Positions 21,137 to 32,659 of a DNA stretch of 41,992 bases are shown here, piece by piece. Position 1 is the first letter of the stretch. Each line of letters opens with the position of its first letter. The notes under the pieces are model-generated. The model was not told the DNA's origin. It did no database searches and worked only from the letters and a program-made list of their open reading frames with translations. The position numbers and the translations under genes were made by a program. Source of the stretch: Hydrurus foetidus (lineage: Eukaryota). Where the stretch lies: assembly GCA_900617105.1 (NCBI GenBank), contig UYFQ01000045.1, positions 1 through 41,992 on the forward strand, in the 5' to 3' direction.

Positions 21137-21284
21137 CACCCCGATACCTGATATGAGAATTTTTTTACAGCCTACAGCTGCCTGATAATAATAATAACAA
21201 TTAATCATTTCACTTTTGTAAAAATTTCATAAATTTTTAAGTGTTTGGAATAAGACTTGTCCGATATTTTATTTTGCGGACTTA

Positions 21285-21477
21285 CAGCGAACCTATACGA
21301 CATTTGTCGAAAAAATCAGACCGGCTGAAAAACCGCCGGTTTTGGTTTTGCTGCACTCAAAAATGAAAGCAGGCACCCAAAACCAGGCCTTTCGAAAGCG
21401 CTGCTTTTGATTTTCGGCCGCTTTTTCCCGGCTTTTCGCCCGGTTTTCTTGTCGAAAAATGTCGTATAGGTTCGCTG
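21285..21477. mobile_element. MITE, 193 bp, TSD TTA
   Basis: TIR CAGCGAACCTATACGACATTT / AAATGTCGTATAGGTTCGCTG, with TTA on both sides. It is absent from the homologous spacer in tandem units 1 and 2. Confidence 0.88.
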
Positions 21478-21929
21478 TTACTGATGCGTTATTTGATGAC
21501 ACTTATATTTTGACGGGGTCCATTATTCATTGAAATGTTTTTTATTTCGTACAACCATACGGTGTCGTAATACAACTAATCACTATTTTACAATAATTAA
21601 TTGCTGCATTAGCAATTGCATTTTCGCTTGGTATGACGGAATTGCCTGATTATGATACACCGATGCCCATTTGAGTATTTCAGTTAGGGAACAGCATTAT
21701 TTTCATCACTTGTTCTCATTATTCAATGCATAATGATAGTAGACTATTTGATTATGGTCTCTGTGCTCAGTAATATATTGATGCAATACTATACTACTCT
21801 CGAAAACTCGTTTCTATGAAAAATTGAGTACTGTTTCGTTAAATTTGGTAGCAATCATTACCTGCAGTAGAAAGTTGATACATTTAGGTGGGTCATTAAT
21901 CATTCTACACCCACATCTCTACACTCTCA

Positions 21930-21984
21930 TACTAAATACTAAATACTAAATACGTACTGAATACTGAATACTGAATACTGAATA
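21930..21984. repeat. 7-bp microsatellite (TACTAAA/TACTGAA)n
   Basis: Directly visible tandem heptamers. Confidence 0.9.
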
Positions 21985-22908
21985 CCCCCCTCAACATTTT
22001 CGAGGTATACCGAACATTTTCGAGGTAGAGATAGCAGCCTGTGAATTTTCATTCCTGACGTCTTTCAGCACGTTCTACGTTCTCTTCATAAGATGTTACG
22101 TAGGAGCCGTAAGGTTCCCAACGCAATTACACAGCCTCCGTCCAATAATGGCACTGTGGGTACCAGATGAAATGGTCAACTCAAAGGATTCAGAAGTTGA
22201 AGTGCAACAGCACAGATCTAGTAGATATGCCACTACTTGACAGCATCCACTGAGGTGCGACCCAGCGGAAAAATTACCGACTTTTTCACCCGATTCCGAG
22301 GCAAGGGCAAGGGAGGTAGTGGACGGGAAAATGGCAACCACGAGCTGGGGGCAATCGATGTAAGCTCAGCGAAGCTAACCTCTAAATTTTCGATATCGGC
22401 CGACGGATAAGATAAATCATGTGATTCTACCAATTTGTTGATTGACCCATTTAGCAGAGAAGGGGAGACATAGGGAGTAGTTCGGGAGTTTCTGAGGATG
22501 TCGGGTCAGGAACTTACTTATCATCTCATCAAAGGAGTCGCTTCTTCAAAACACTGAAAAGTGATGAGCCGTTGATCACTGCCGGAAAAGCGAATGAGGT
22601 GTTGTGTCGAGAATTAGGTGAGAGACATGATGGTTTTGATGGATACTCTTCGAGTAAGCGACGTATTTGGGTGAATGATGAAAGACAACGGATATAAAGT
22701 TATCAACGATTCCACAGGAAGGAAAAACGGTGATGAATTCGACTTAAGCCAACATGACAAGTTAATTCCACAACAACTATCCGGACCGACTCTGCCATCC
22801 GCGTTTACAAGAATTGCGCACAATCCTGGGAAGAGGTAACAAAATCACTGCTACGAGACTGAACTTTGTTTAACTCAGATACTATCGCATGAATAGTTCC
22901 CTTTACTG

Positions 22909-25365
22909 ATGATTAATAGGAGACCCTCACGCACGGAATCTATCAGCTCAATCGCCGATGCTGTCGACGACAATTTATCTGTGACAGAGATAAGAATTGT
23001 TGATGCTTCGCGCTCGAACACTTCTGGATCGAAGGCCGATTTGTCTCCAATTATGCGAGGGTACATGAATGTTGTAATGCGACTCTCTATTGAAGTGATG
23101 TTATCATCTGCCCATGAAACTGAATGAAAGTGGGATTACTTTACAATTGACTGTTGCTTGCTTTTAGGTACTCCATGGATTCCGTATTTTCCGCTCTTAC
23201 CGATGCGCTAAACATAGAAGTCGCGCACCCGCAGAATGCAGAACATGACATCATCTCAGTGTTCTTTGCTGGAAAAACAAAAAGAGGCCAAGGTGACTGC
23301 ACATTGACACATTCCCGCTGTAATTCATTCTGTCCTGCAATCTCTTTCATCATAATTATCCAGGAATAAGCGTTATGTCGTCCGGTAAATTCAAAATCAT
23401 ATTTCAGGAACGAACAGTATTTGTAAGCCCAATCAAGACAGCTTCCTGATGAAGCACTGCCTCGGTTCCTCAGCTCTCGTCATTGCTTGCTTTGACGGCC
23501 ATGGAGAATTCGGACATGACGTCTCCAACTTCTGCAAACACTTCATCGAAGCGGAGCTACCTGCCCATCCATCATTCATGACAAATCTCAGATTGGCCAT
23601 TCTAGATGTAACGATCAAACTAGGTGCTGCCTTTCAAAAAAACTGAGAAGGGTCTCAAAGATTTGCCATCCCTGAATGCTTTCTTCCATTATGTCTGAAA
23701 CTTCATCTCTCTTATTTTACCTCATTATGATTGATTTTATTTCTTTGCCACAGAGCGGCATCTCCTAGCTTCAGCGACTGTTAATTCCATATTTAGTGGG
23801 TCAACCATGATACTCATAGTTATGCAAGGTCAGAGACACAGATAACTAGTGACATGTGTATTTGCACACTGATCATCTTCACATGCTATGACTCTGGACC
23901 TAGCTCATCCGATATTCGTGTCTTTTTATGCGTACCGTACTGTAACGTACCGTACTGCAGGGACTGTGGTGACGGTCGCCAACATCGGTGACTCCCGCGC
24001 TGTGTTGGGCTATTCGAAGGAACTCTATCCGGATGTCGCTCTCAGAGTGGATGGGTTGAGTTCCCCGCTTGACGTGTGCAAGTCAACGGGCACTTCTCCA
24101 GAGGACCAGACTAGCATAGAGAGCGAGCAGTTCGAAGCCCTGTCAGTGGAGGGCGGTGTGTGGATAGATAATGCAGATGGGTGTGATGTAGGCACATCGC
24201 ACAAAAGAGCTCCAATGACACTGCCTCAGAATCAGAAAGAGAGTGACCGGAGATTCGAAACATCGAAGTGCATCCAGCTGTCTTCTGATCACAAGCCAGG
24301 AGTCCCAGAAGAGAAAATGCGAATTGAGAAATCTGGTGAGTCAGTGCATAACACTAGTCATATTCAACTACAAAGCGAAATCGCAACAAATAGCATCAGG
24401 TAACCTTGTTTCACCATCTATCTGTATCGATAGGAGGTCGGGTCAAGACGGTCCACGGTACCTCCCGCGTCTATCTACCGTTTGACGACATACCCGGCCT
24501 AGCCATGAGCCGCAGTCTGGGCGACTTCGCGATACACACTGCAGGTACTGTACTGTAGAGTGCAGTCAAGGATGTTGGCGAGTCATGGCTGTTAGATGCC
24601 CTAAGTTAGTCAATCTCTCAGATACGATATGCTGTGCCGCGCTACACATCGCACACTGTTCAGTTCACGCTAATATCACCGCACTGCACCTGCCCTCTCG
24701 TCTTCTATTCTGTCCACTACTCGCTCCACATAGGCGTGATTTCGATACCCCAAATAGACCAATACGATCTTGTGGCTCTCCACGTGATTGAGGGAGGTGT
24801 TCCCCCTGAGGGATTCTCCTGCAAAGATGTGTCAGGTGCCAGTTACTGAAAACCTCTGAGTCCCTTCGCATGCAATTTATTCCAGATAACTTTACAGTGG
24901 TACGTAATCTCCATCATACGTCATTTTCATGTCACAGGTCTGGCTGCTGTGAGGTGCGTTATACTTGTCGCAACTGACGGTCTGTTCGACATGGTCAGCA
25001 ACGAGCGCGCCATGGATGTCGCATTCGAGCACTTCGGGAACCCTGCTGGTACCGCTGATGAGTTGGTGTGCGAATCAGGTAAGAGTGTGGGTGTGGGAGA
25101 GAGAAAAAGAGAGAGTGTATGGGAGGGAGCATGAGCCATAGGAACTATCGGAGCGGACGTAATCGCATGCCTCTACAACGTCCTGATAATCATCAACTCG
25201 ACTCCGCGTTACACACTCATCCCACCCCATCTTTCCATTCGGTCAGGTCGAGAGTGGATGAAGAACTGGGGACTGGCCGATGATATTACAGTGAGTGTGG
25301 TCAATCTGGAGATTTCCAGCGTGAGCAGAGCTCTGACTAAACACACCCCGGTCAGCGGCGCGTGA
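22909..25365 (+). CDS. PP2C/PPM-family protein phosphatase; exons 22909-23060, 23168-23292, 23408-23623, 23754-23828, 23961-24335, 24434-24544, 24734-24835, 24938-25078, 25247-25365; start uncertain
   Basis: The spliced frame contains PP2C motifs in order: NQDSF, CFDGHG, SGST, VANIGDSRAVL, LSSDHKP..EE..RI...GGRV, GLAMSRSLGD, VATDGLFD and DDITV. Confidence 0.88.
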
Positions 25366-26034
25366 CTTCGGCATTTCCTTTTTAAGGGAATACTGTGTGG
25401 ATGTGAAGGGAGGCACCCTTCGATAATTTCATAAAGTGCCCTAGACAAGTGACAAGTAATACTGTTGGATGAACCGTGACTTTGGGATAGAGAGATGTGC
25501 TGGTATTCGCATCGAAAAGTTAAATTAAATCCCTCGGACACTGCAGTACAGTACAGGACAGTAGCTAAGTCAGTCTGATTTGATTTAATGTAAGAAATCA
25601 GGAGGAAAGTGCTCAAGCCTTACGGCATTTTAAATTGGTTGCATAATTTAGATGTGTTGAACATTGTTTGTCCAATATTTTGAACACATTATAATTGGTC
25701 TTACTATAATATTATTTTTGAACTGAGGGGTGAGGTCTCGGTGATTTTTCGCTGTTTGGTTTTCAGCAAATATTCCTTTTTTTGATGTAATTTGCTGTCA
25801 CGGCTTTTTCTTTCGGCTTTTTGAAATCTGTGCTCAGCTGCGTATAATTTCCAATAAATATATCTATGTTTTCCAATGTGTTCTGGAATTTTTCATCCTC
25901 TGAAGGTGACAATCGCCTAGTAATTCGGAACGCGGCGTGGTGTATGGCATATAAGGACGTGTAAGTGATACCAGTCCGTCAAACATGCAAAATCTTCGGT
26001 AAATGACTCGAGATTACACGTACCCCGTACGGTA

Positions 26035-26770
26035 CCCAGTGCTGTCAAAAAGTCCGCACGGTGTCAAAAAGTCCGCACGGTTACTTTAGCCCCGATAACT
26101 CCATGGATAAATCTCAAAAAACACTTTGGAAAATTGCTTTCACGTAATTTGATAGTGCTTTCCATGAATTCGAAATAAAAAAAGTCCGAAAATAATTTTA
26201 TTCCACTGATGTTTCCTCACCTCAATATTCGCTTTTCCCAAATTTGACCAAACTTGTTTTTAGAGAGAAATAGGGTTTTCATCTAGTTAAGAATAGTCCA
26301 CTTAGTATGGAACCGCGAGGGTTTGACTTGAAACGGAATATTTCTCGAGATACAATGACTTCAGTCGTAAATCGAGGTGTTTTTACGGTTTTCGGGTGTG
26401 TTTTTTCACCAATTCCGTTGGAAAACATCTCGATTTACGACTGAAGTCATTGTATCTCGAGAAATATTCCGTTTCAAGTCAAACCCTCGCGGTTCCATAC
26501 TAAGTGGACTATTCTTAACTAGATGAATACCCTATTTCTCTCTAAAAACAAGTTTGGTCAAATTTGGGAAAAGCGAATATTGAGGTGAGGAAACATCAGT
26601 GGAATAAAATTATTTTCGGACTTTTTTTATTTCGAATTCATGGAAAGCACTATCAAATTACGTGAAAGCAATTTTCCAAAGTGTTTTTTGAGATTTATCC
26701 ATGGAGTTATCGGGGCTAAAGTAACCGTGCGGACTTTTTGACACCGTGCGGACTTTTTGACAGCACTGGG
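26035..26770. mobile_element. Foldback / long-TIR non-autonomous DNA transposon, 736 bp, probable TA TSD (Tc1/mariner-like)
   Basis: Arms of about 350 bp are near-perfectly inverted around a loop of about 40 nt. A 19-bp motif TGTCAAAAAGTCCGCACGG is duplicated at each end. TA lies at 26033-26034 and 26771-26772. Confidence 0.92.
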
Positions 26771-27049
26771 TACCGAATTATTCGGAATCGGGCATATGAA
26801 ATTTTTATGAAATTTTCATTTTCAAAAAATAATCTCATCTCGATCTGGCTTTTGAACTTCGAAGTCAAGTGGGCAAACGATGATGAGTTATATAAATATG
26901 TCTAGAACTTTGACAGAGGCAAAACGTTTCCCATCCTAATTTCCAACCTATCCCGTAGTAAGCAGTGATCACAGTCATCCCTTTACCGCATCAGATAAGC
27001 GGCTGTTGCACCCTACCAGAGTTCATCTCGAACTCTATGAGAAACGATT

Positions 27050-27574
27050 ATGGAAACTTTATCCTCGCAAATCAGAGGGCGTCAATTGAACACAGTTGGA
27101 ACAGAATCCAAACATCTCTTTTTCTCGATTTCCTCGGAAGAAAATTCCAGCAGCAGCGCTAAGGTTCCACATTGCGGCGTAGAGCTGCAGTCGCCTACAA
27201 GTCCGTGGAGCCTTGAAGATGACGAAGAAATCATGGCATGGATTCCCTCTCTCCCAGTGGGGATCCTAAGGGGACCAGCTTATTCCACGATCGAAGACAC
27301 CGACTTCGATGCAAGCCATTCAAGCTGGTCGCTCGTCCCCCATACGCTGATCGTCGTTCGCCGCAGACCATCGTCAAACCCTTTCCGATCTCAAAATAAA
27401 ACAGAAAAGGCAGCTACATCGAGGCATCACTATTTGAGGCGATATTCCTCGTCTTCCCCAACTCGGCGATCGGATGTTCTTTCTCTGGACAGCATTAAAG
27501 ACAAACTAAAATCACTCAGCATATCCCCATCAGAGACACGCAAGAAACTAATTCTCCAACCTCTTGAAAACTAA
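27050..27574 (+). CDS. Hypothetical Ser/Arg-rich protein, 174 aa
   Basis: An ATG-initiated ORF in otherwise ORF-poor sequence; no recognisable domain. Confidence 0.4.
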   Translation: METLSSQIRGRQLNTVGTESKHLFFSISSEENSSSSAKVPHCGVELQSPTSPWSLEDDEEIMAWIPSLPVGILRGPAYSTIEDTDFDASHSSWSLVPHTLIVVRRRPSSNPFRSQNKTEKAATSRHHYLRRYSSSSPTRRSDVLSLDSIKDKLKSLSISPSETRKKLILQPLEN

Positions 27575-28092
27575 TCACAGCGATCAGATATTTCAACTCA
27601 ACGGTGCTGTTGTATAATGCACTCCACTCAAAATTCGCAGCTGCTTCAATAGCTGAAGCATATCTACTGCCTAAACCTCCAAACACAATTTGTTATTTTA
27701 ATGCAATTACTGCACCAACCTAGATAGCGTGCGTTCTTCCTTTCCTAAGCTGTGCATGTGTAGTTTTGACTTAGTCACCTCTCCAACATAGACAATGGCG
27801 GCTTCTTCAACTTCGTCGATTGTGCTCACTAATTTTCGTATTATTTTTCACAGTAATCATAAAAAGCGATGCAAGTGTTAAGGGAACTTCTTTCTAATAC
27901 CAGTGTCATTCTGTATATTGATGATACATGAAAAGGCAATCGTTGTCGTTTAGTGTAGAAGCTTATATTATCAACTGATCATAATTCAGAGAAAAAAGCT
28001 TTTTGCGGCCTTGCAAATCAAGTAAAGGGGCAAGTTACAATGAGAACTTGATCATCAATTGAAACAATGTGTGCTTTCCCATGAGCGCAATT

Positions 28093-29225
28093 TTACGACA
28101 TGGGAGCGGCACTACGACAAGCAGCCACCTGAGCGTCAGATTCTGACTTCATGGCCAGAAATACAAATTGTCTTAAATCTGTGATAACTAATCCTTGCTC
28201 GGAGTTAGATAAAGTGAGCCACATTCTCTCCAAAGCTTTTGTTTTTAATTCCGAGTCAAGACCGACAAAGAAATCGCACCAGTGCGCTATAGCAGCACGT
28301 GTCAAATCTGCAAATGTCACGTAAAGCAGAAAGTGCTGTTACTTGTACACTTTCAACATCTCATGAAGTGATCAAAAAATCATCAGAAAAAATGATCAGT
28401 CGGTCGCTGACATCAACAGTAGATACCTTCGTAATTATGCAGCGGCATTTCAGGCATATTCTCCTCAGTGATATCTTTGGTCTGCATCGATGGATCGTTG
28501 CCGTTACCGATCAGCGCGATCAAGAACTTGAAATGCTGAAACCTTTCCGCCAGTGTGGAATCTGCAATGAGATATTTGATGAAGAAATTCTTAACTTTAT
28601 TCTTTATTATACAGCTCGGAGTTACGGTAATGCATCAAGTAATGTTCGAGAACTACCGTTCCAGAAATGAGCCATTGTGCTCAATTTTTCCCGCGAGTCA
28701 CTCAACATCTCGTATCTAGTAATGAAATCTTCCATGTCGCTTATAGGGACATCTTTTAATTTCTTAGTCCAATTCGTTCTTGCAAGTCGCAATTGTTTTG
28801 AGAGCCATGGTGAAGTATCAGCACCGCACTGTGCAGCTGCTTCCATCCATGTCTCGTAAACATCCTTGTGCCTTCAAAACATATAAGAGAAAGGCTCCAA
28901 ATCACAGCTGGCAAAAAGGTGGAAATCTTCCTGGGCAACTGACATACCTTTGCAGAATCTCAAGGGCTGAGGCCTTTCTGTAATATGCCTTCATCCACTT
29001 CCGGTCCTTCTCAATCGCCTTTTCGGCATCATCTAAAGCACCGTTTACTTTTCCCAGACTCAATCTAGCTGCCGATCGGTTGGTAAGAATGATTGAAGTA
29101 TCATTGTCAAACTTCTGGAGAATCTCACTGTAGATGTCTTCAGCTAGAGCAAAGTTACCCTGGATAAAATATTCGTTCCCTAGAGACCTCAATTTGCTGT
29201 AATCATCGTAACCAGAAGAAGACAT
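28093..29225 (-). CDS. TPR-domain protein (co-chaperone-type N-terminal TPRs); exons 29225-28948, 28871-28657, 28561-28427, 28307-28093; 280 aa
   Basis: LGNEYFIQGNFALAEDIYSEIL...TNRSAARLSLG...ALDDAEKAI...KAYYRKASAL is a three-TPR module. Three GT-AG introns give an 843-nt frame. Confidence 0.87.
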
Positions 29226-29357
29226 CGACGGAGACGGAGGTACACTAGATTCTCAATTGGATTTGCAAGTTCCCAGCGGAGAGTTTATGATAATATTGTG
29301 TTGGAAGTTGGAAGACCCGCTAGAAATGGAGATTATCTATCCGGTGTGGTGGTGTGA

Positions 29358-29579
29358 GGCCACTCCTTATGGTGTCGGATTTCTGGGAAAGTTGGAATCG
29401 GATTTCGGTTTTTGAAATCCAATACTGATTTTTTCGATTTCCGACGCGGTCTCTGTCGGATTTTAGGCGTATTTTTAACAAAGTCGGCGTCGGAAATCGA
29501 AAAAGTCAGAATTGGATTTCAAAAACCGAAATAATCCGATTCCAACTTTCCCAGAAATCCGAGACCATAAGGAGTGGCC
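29358..29579. mobile_element. MITE, 222 bp, TSD TGA (PIF/Harbinger-like)
   Basis: Inverted arms of about 90 bp begin GGCCACTCCTTATGG. TGA lies at 29355-29357 and 29580-29582. Confidence 0.9.
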
Positions 29580-29803
29580 TGATGCATAATCCGGTAGAGT
29601 GGTTTACCTTTATAAGCACACCTGATTTCAAAAAATTCTAGGATCCGGAGTATTTATCACACTTTAATTCTGAGTACGTTTTTGAACTCGTCTGTGTCTG
29701 AAGAAAAATGTAGGCTATTTTTTTTATTTTTTCTGATAACTGGAAAGGCTTCAAACCAGGGGGGTCTAAATGTTGGGTGCTACCGTGCTACCCCTGTGCT
29801 TTT

Positions 29804-30679
29804 TTAAGTAGAATTAATTAGCTGAAATACACGGAAATCAATTGTTCAAAATCAATAACCGTTTACGAATTTCCTTATACGGTACTTTAACGGGATCCGG
29901 CAAAATTATCTCGATTCCGGTAAAATATTTTACCGTAATCGGTTAGATACGGCCACACCTTGGTGCACTGTAAGCTGCTGAACATGAGGCATGGGGCATT
30001 GACAAGGATCAAAATTGTTCATCAACTATTGAGTAGAAAGTTCAAATTGTTATTGCTGCGAGGAAATAATGGCGACAAATGCTTTCGCGATGATAATGTA
30101 ATAAGTAATATCTTAACATATTCATCAATATTGCTAAAATGCTCTCGCCGCTTCATCCCGAACTGTCATTAATGACTTATATGGGCCCTATGAACCCTAC
30201 ATACACGATAACATTAGGCGTATACGGAATACAGATATTGCAAGTACGGAATACAGATTTTGACACTTGAATCCGCATTCCCAGGAAATTTAGTGTGCTC
30301 TTAATTGAAATTTAAGAAACAATAGGTAAACCACTCAACGTACTTTGGGAAAAAAAAAAAAAAGAAGTAAAAATACAAAATACAAAATTACCGTAGGATT
30401 TTGAGGGAGCGGACAACCAGGCCAACGTTCCAGGCCAAAAGGCCAGGCCAAAATAAAGTCGGCCATTTCTTCCCATGTGCACCGAAACGGGTATAGTCTG
30501 GGCGGATTCTCACGGTAAGATAAGGATTGGAAATATTGATTATCGAACACATATCAATATGAGCCTGCGGCATCAATTATCCACAGAATTGGACGCTCAG
30601 CGGCTCCAGTTGCAAGTTGTCGACCATCATTGACAACCTCTGCTAACTTTCAGCGAATTTAAAGATGCCGTCACTGAGA
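29804..30679. repeat. Direct repeat of about 870 bp, copy A1
   Basis: Near-identical to 31792-32659, with small indels only. Confidence 0.95.
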
Positions 30680-30693
30680 ATTTGAGATGAGAT

Positions 30694-31791
30694 GAGTCAC
30701 CGGCCCTATCCGTGCTCTTCTCCCCACTCAAAAACGTGTCATAGGGAAGACAGCGGCATGTTTTACATTAAATTTTAAGAAATTTTAAGATTATTATTTA
30801 AGAACTTCTTAGATTACTTCTCTCTCTGGGATGCTGAGTGCTGAGTATACTCAGCACACTGCCGACTGCCGACGCTGCCTATTACATCGAACAAACTATA
30901 TAAATGTTCACTAGATGTGAAGGCCGCTGTCAACTGACTGCCCCTCGCAATCTCGAGCTGATGCCCCATCGGCTGAGATAGCAGAAGTGGCTGCAATCAA
31001 AATCTGGCCTCAGCAGCAACACATTGTCTGTCGACCTTGATGATCTCAACGCCGTGAGTTTTTTCGACAGGCTTCCGGTGAGATCACGGCTTCCTTTTAG
31101 GAAGTTGTCGCAATGGAAAAAGCATTCCGCGGAGAGAGTTTCAAGTTGTGCTACTCTTCTCGAAACGTCATTCAAAAGAGAGGCACTTTATTTAAATTTA
31201 AATGTTCAGACTACGTTTCTAAATAAAAAATTGAGGTTCTCCAAATATTTACTCCAGTTTTTGCGCAGAGCTGAGCGTGAAACTTCACGTTTCACGCTGG
31301 ACGCGATGATGACAACCATTAAATACAGAGCTTTTCATGTTTTGTTGTCGAGAAACATTGCCTCATCGCAGAATAGTGACAAAAGTCCACATCCCGTTAA
31401 CACCTTGTGCGGGAGACGTTCTCACCAAAAAATGGTTTCGCCAAAAGAATTTCGAGTTTTGCTCGGATTGCACTTTTACAAATTGTACATTGTAGCAGCT
31501 GTAAGTCTACGTAGAAGGATGTTGTAGGTGCAATGTATCGACTTCGACTTCGATATTCTAAATGGTTCTCAAATTCGAACAATTGGGTAATTTCAAAAAT
31601 AAGCTCCAATTTTGGAATCGGAGTTGGGCAGCTACAACCCTCTCTTACGTAAAATTTCACGCTGAACACGATGGTGAAATCCGTTTGGTCTGGTATGAAG
31701 AATTACGATTTCTTTAGGGAAAACGGATTTGGGTGTGAAGTCGGTTCCCCCTATAGGTAAAAATTTAGAGCACGGATAGGGGCGGTGACTC
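30694..31791. mobile_element. Non-autonomous TIR element of about 1.1 kb
   Basis: 25-bp TIR GAGTCACCG(G/C)CCCTATCCGTGCTCT at 30694-30718 and 31767-31791, with one mismatch. No matching short TSD and no transposase motifs recognised. Confidence 0.8.
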
Positions 31792-32659
31792 TTAAGTAGA
31801 ATTAATTAGCTGAAATACACGGAAATGGTTCAAAATCAATAACCGTTTACGAATTTCCTTATACGGTACTTTAACGGGATCCGGCAAAATTATCTCGATT
31901 CCGGTAAAATATTTTACCGTAATCGGTTAGATACGGCCACACCTTGGTGCACTGTAAGCTGCTGAACATGAGGCATGGGGCATTGACAAGGATCAAAATT
32001 GTTCATCAACTATTGAGTAGAAAGTTCAAATTGTTATTGCTGCGAGGAAATAATGGCGACAAATGCTTTCGCGATGATAATGTAATAAGTAATATCTTAA
32101 CATATTCATCAATATTGCTAAAATGCTCTCGCCGCTTCATCCCGAACTGTCATTAATGACTTATATGGGCCCTATGAACCCTACATACACGATAACATTA
32201 GGCGTATACGGAATACAGATATTGCAAGTACGGAATACAGATTTTGACACTTGAATCCGCATTCCCAGGAAATTTAGTGTGCTCTTAATTGAAATTTAAG
32301 AAACAATAGGTAAACCACTCAACGTACTTTGGGAAAAAAAAAAAAAAAGTAAAAATAAAATACAAAATTACCGTAGGATTTTGAGGGAGCGGACAACCAG
32401 GCCAACGTTCCAGGCCAAAAGGCCAGGCCAAAATAAAGTCGGCCATTTCTTCCCATGTGCACCGAAACGGGTATAGTCTGGGCGGATTCTCACGGTAAGA
32501 TAAGGATTGGAAATATTGATTATCGAACACATATCAATATGAGCCTGCGGCATCAATTATCCACAGAATTGGACGCTCAGCGGCTCCAGTTGCAAGTTGT
32601 CGACCATCATTGACAACCTCTGCTAACTTTCAGCGAATTTAAAGATGCCGTCACTGAGA
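31792..32659. repeat. Direct repeat of about 870 bp, copy A2
   Basis: Near-identical to 29804-30679; it begins immediately after the right TIR. Confidence 0.95.

Noticed and set aside
22148..22900. Alternative genetic code explaining in-frame stops
   Set aside because: TGA, TAA and TAG all interrupt the frames, and all three terminate intact genes elsewhere in the window.
31024..31527. 167-aa ORF as the transposase of the TIR element
   Set aside because: It has a non-ATG start and no DDE or DNA-binding motif that I recognise.
29804..32659. LTR retrotransposon or TRIM/LARD formed by the 870-bp direct repeats
   Set aside because: There are no TG...CA ends, PBS, PPT or TSD, and the interior is bounded by its own TIRs.
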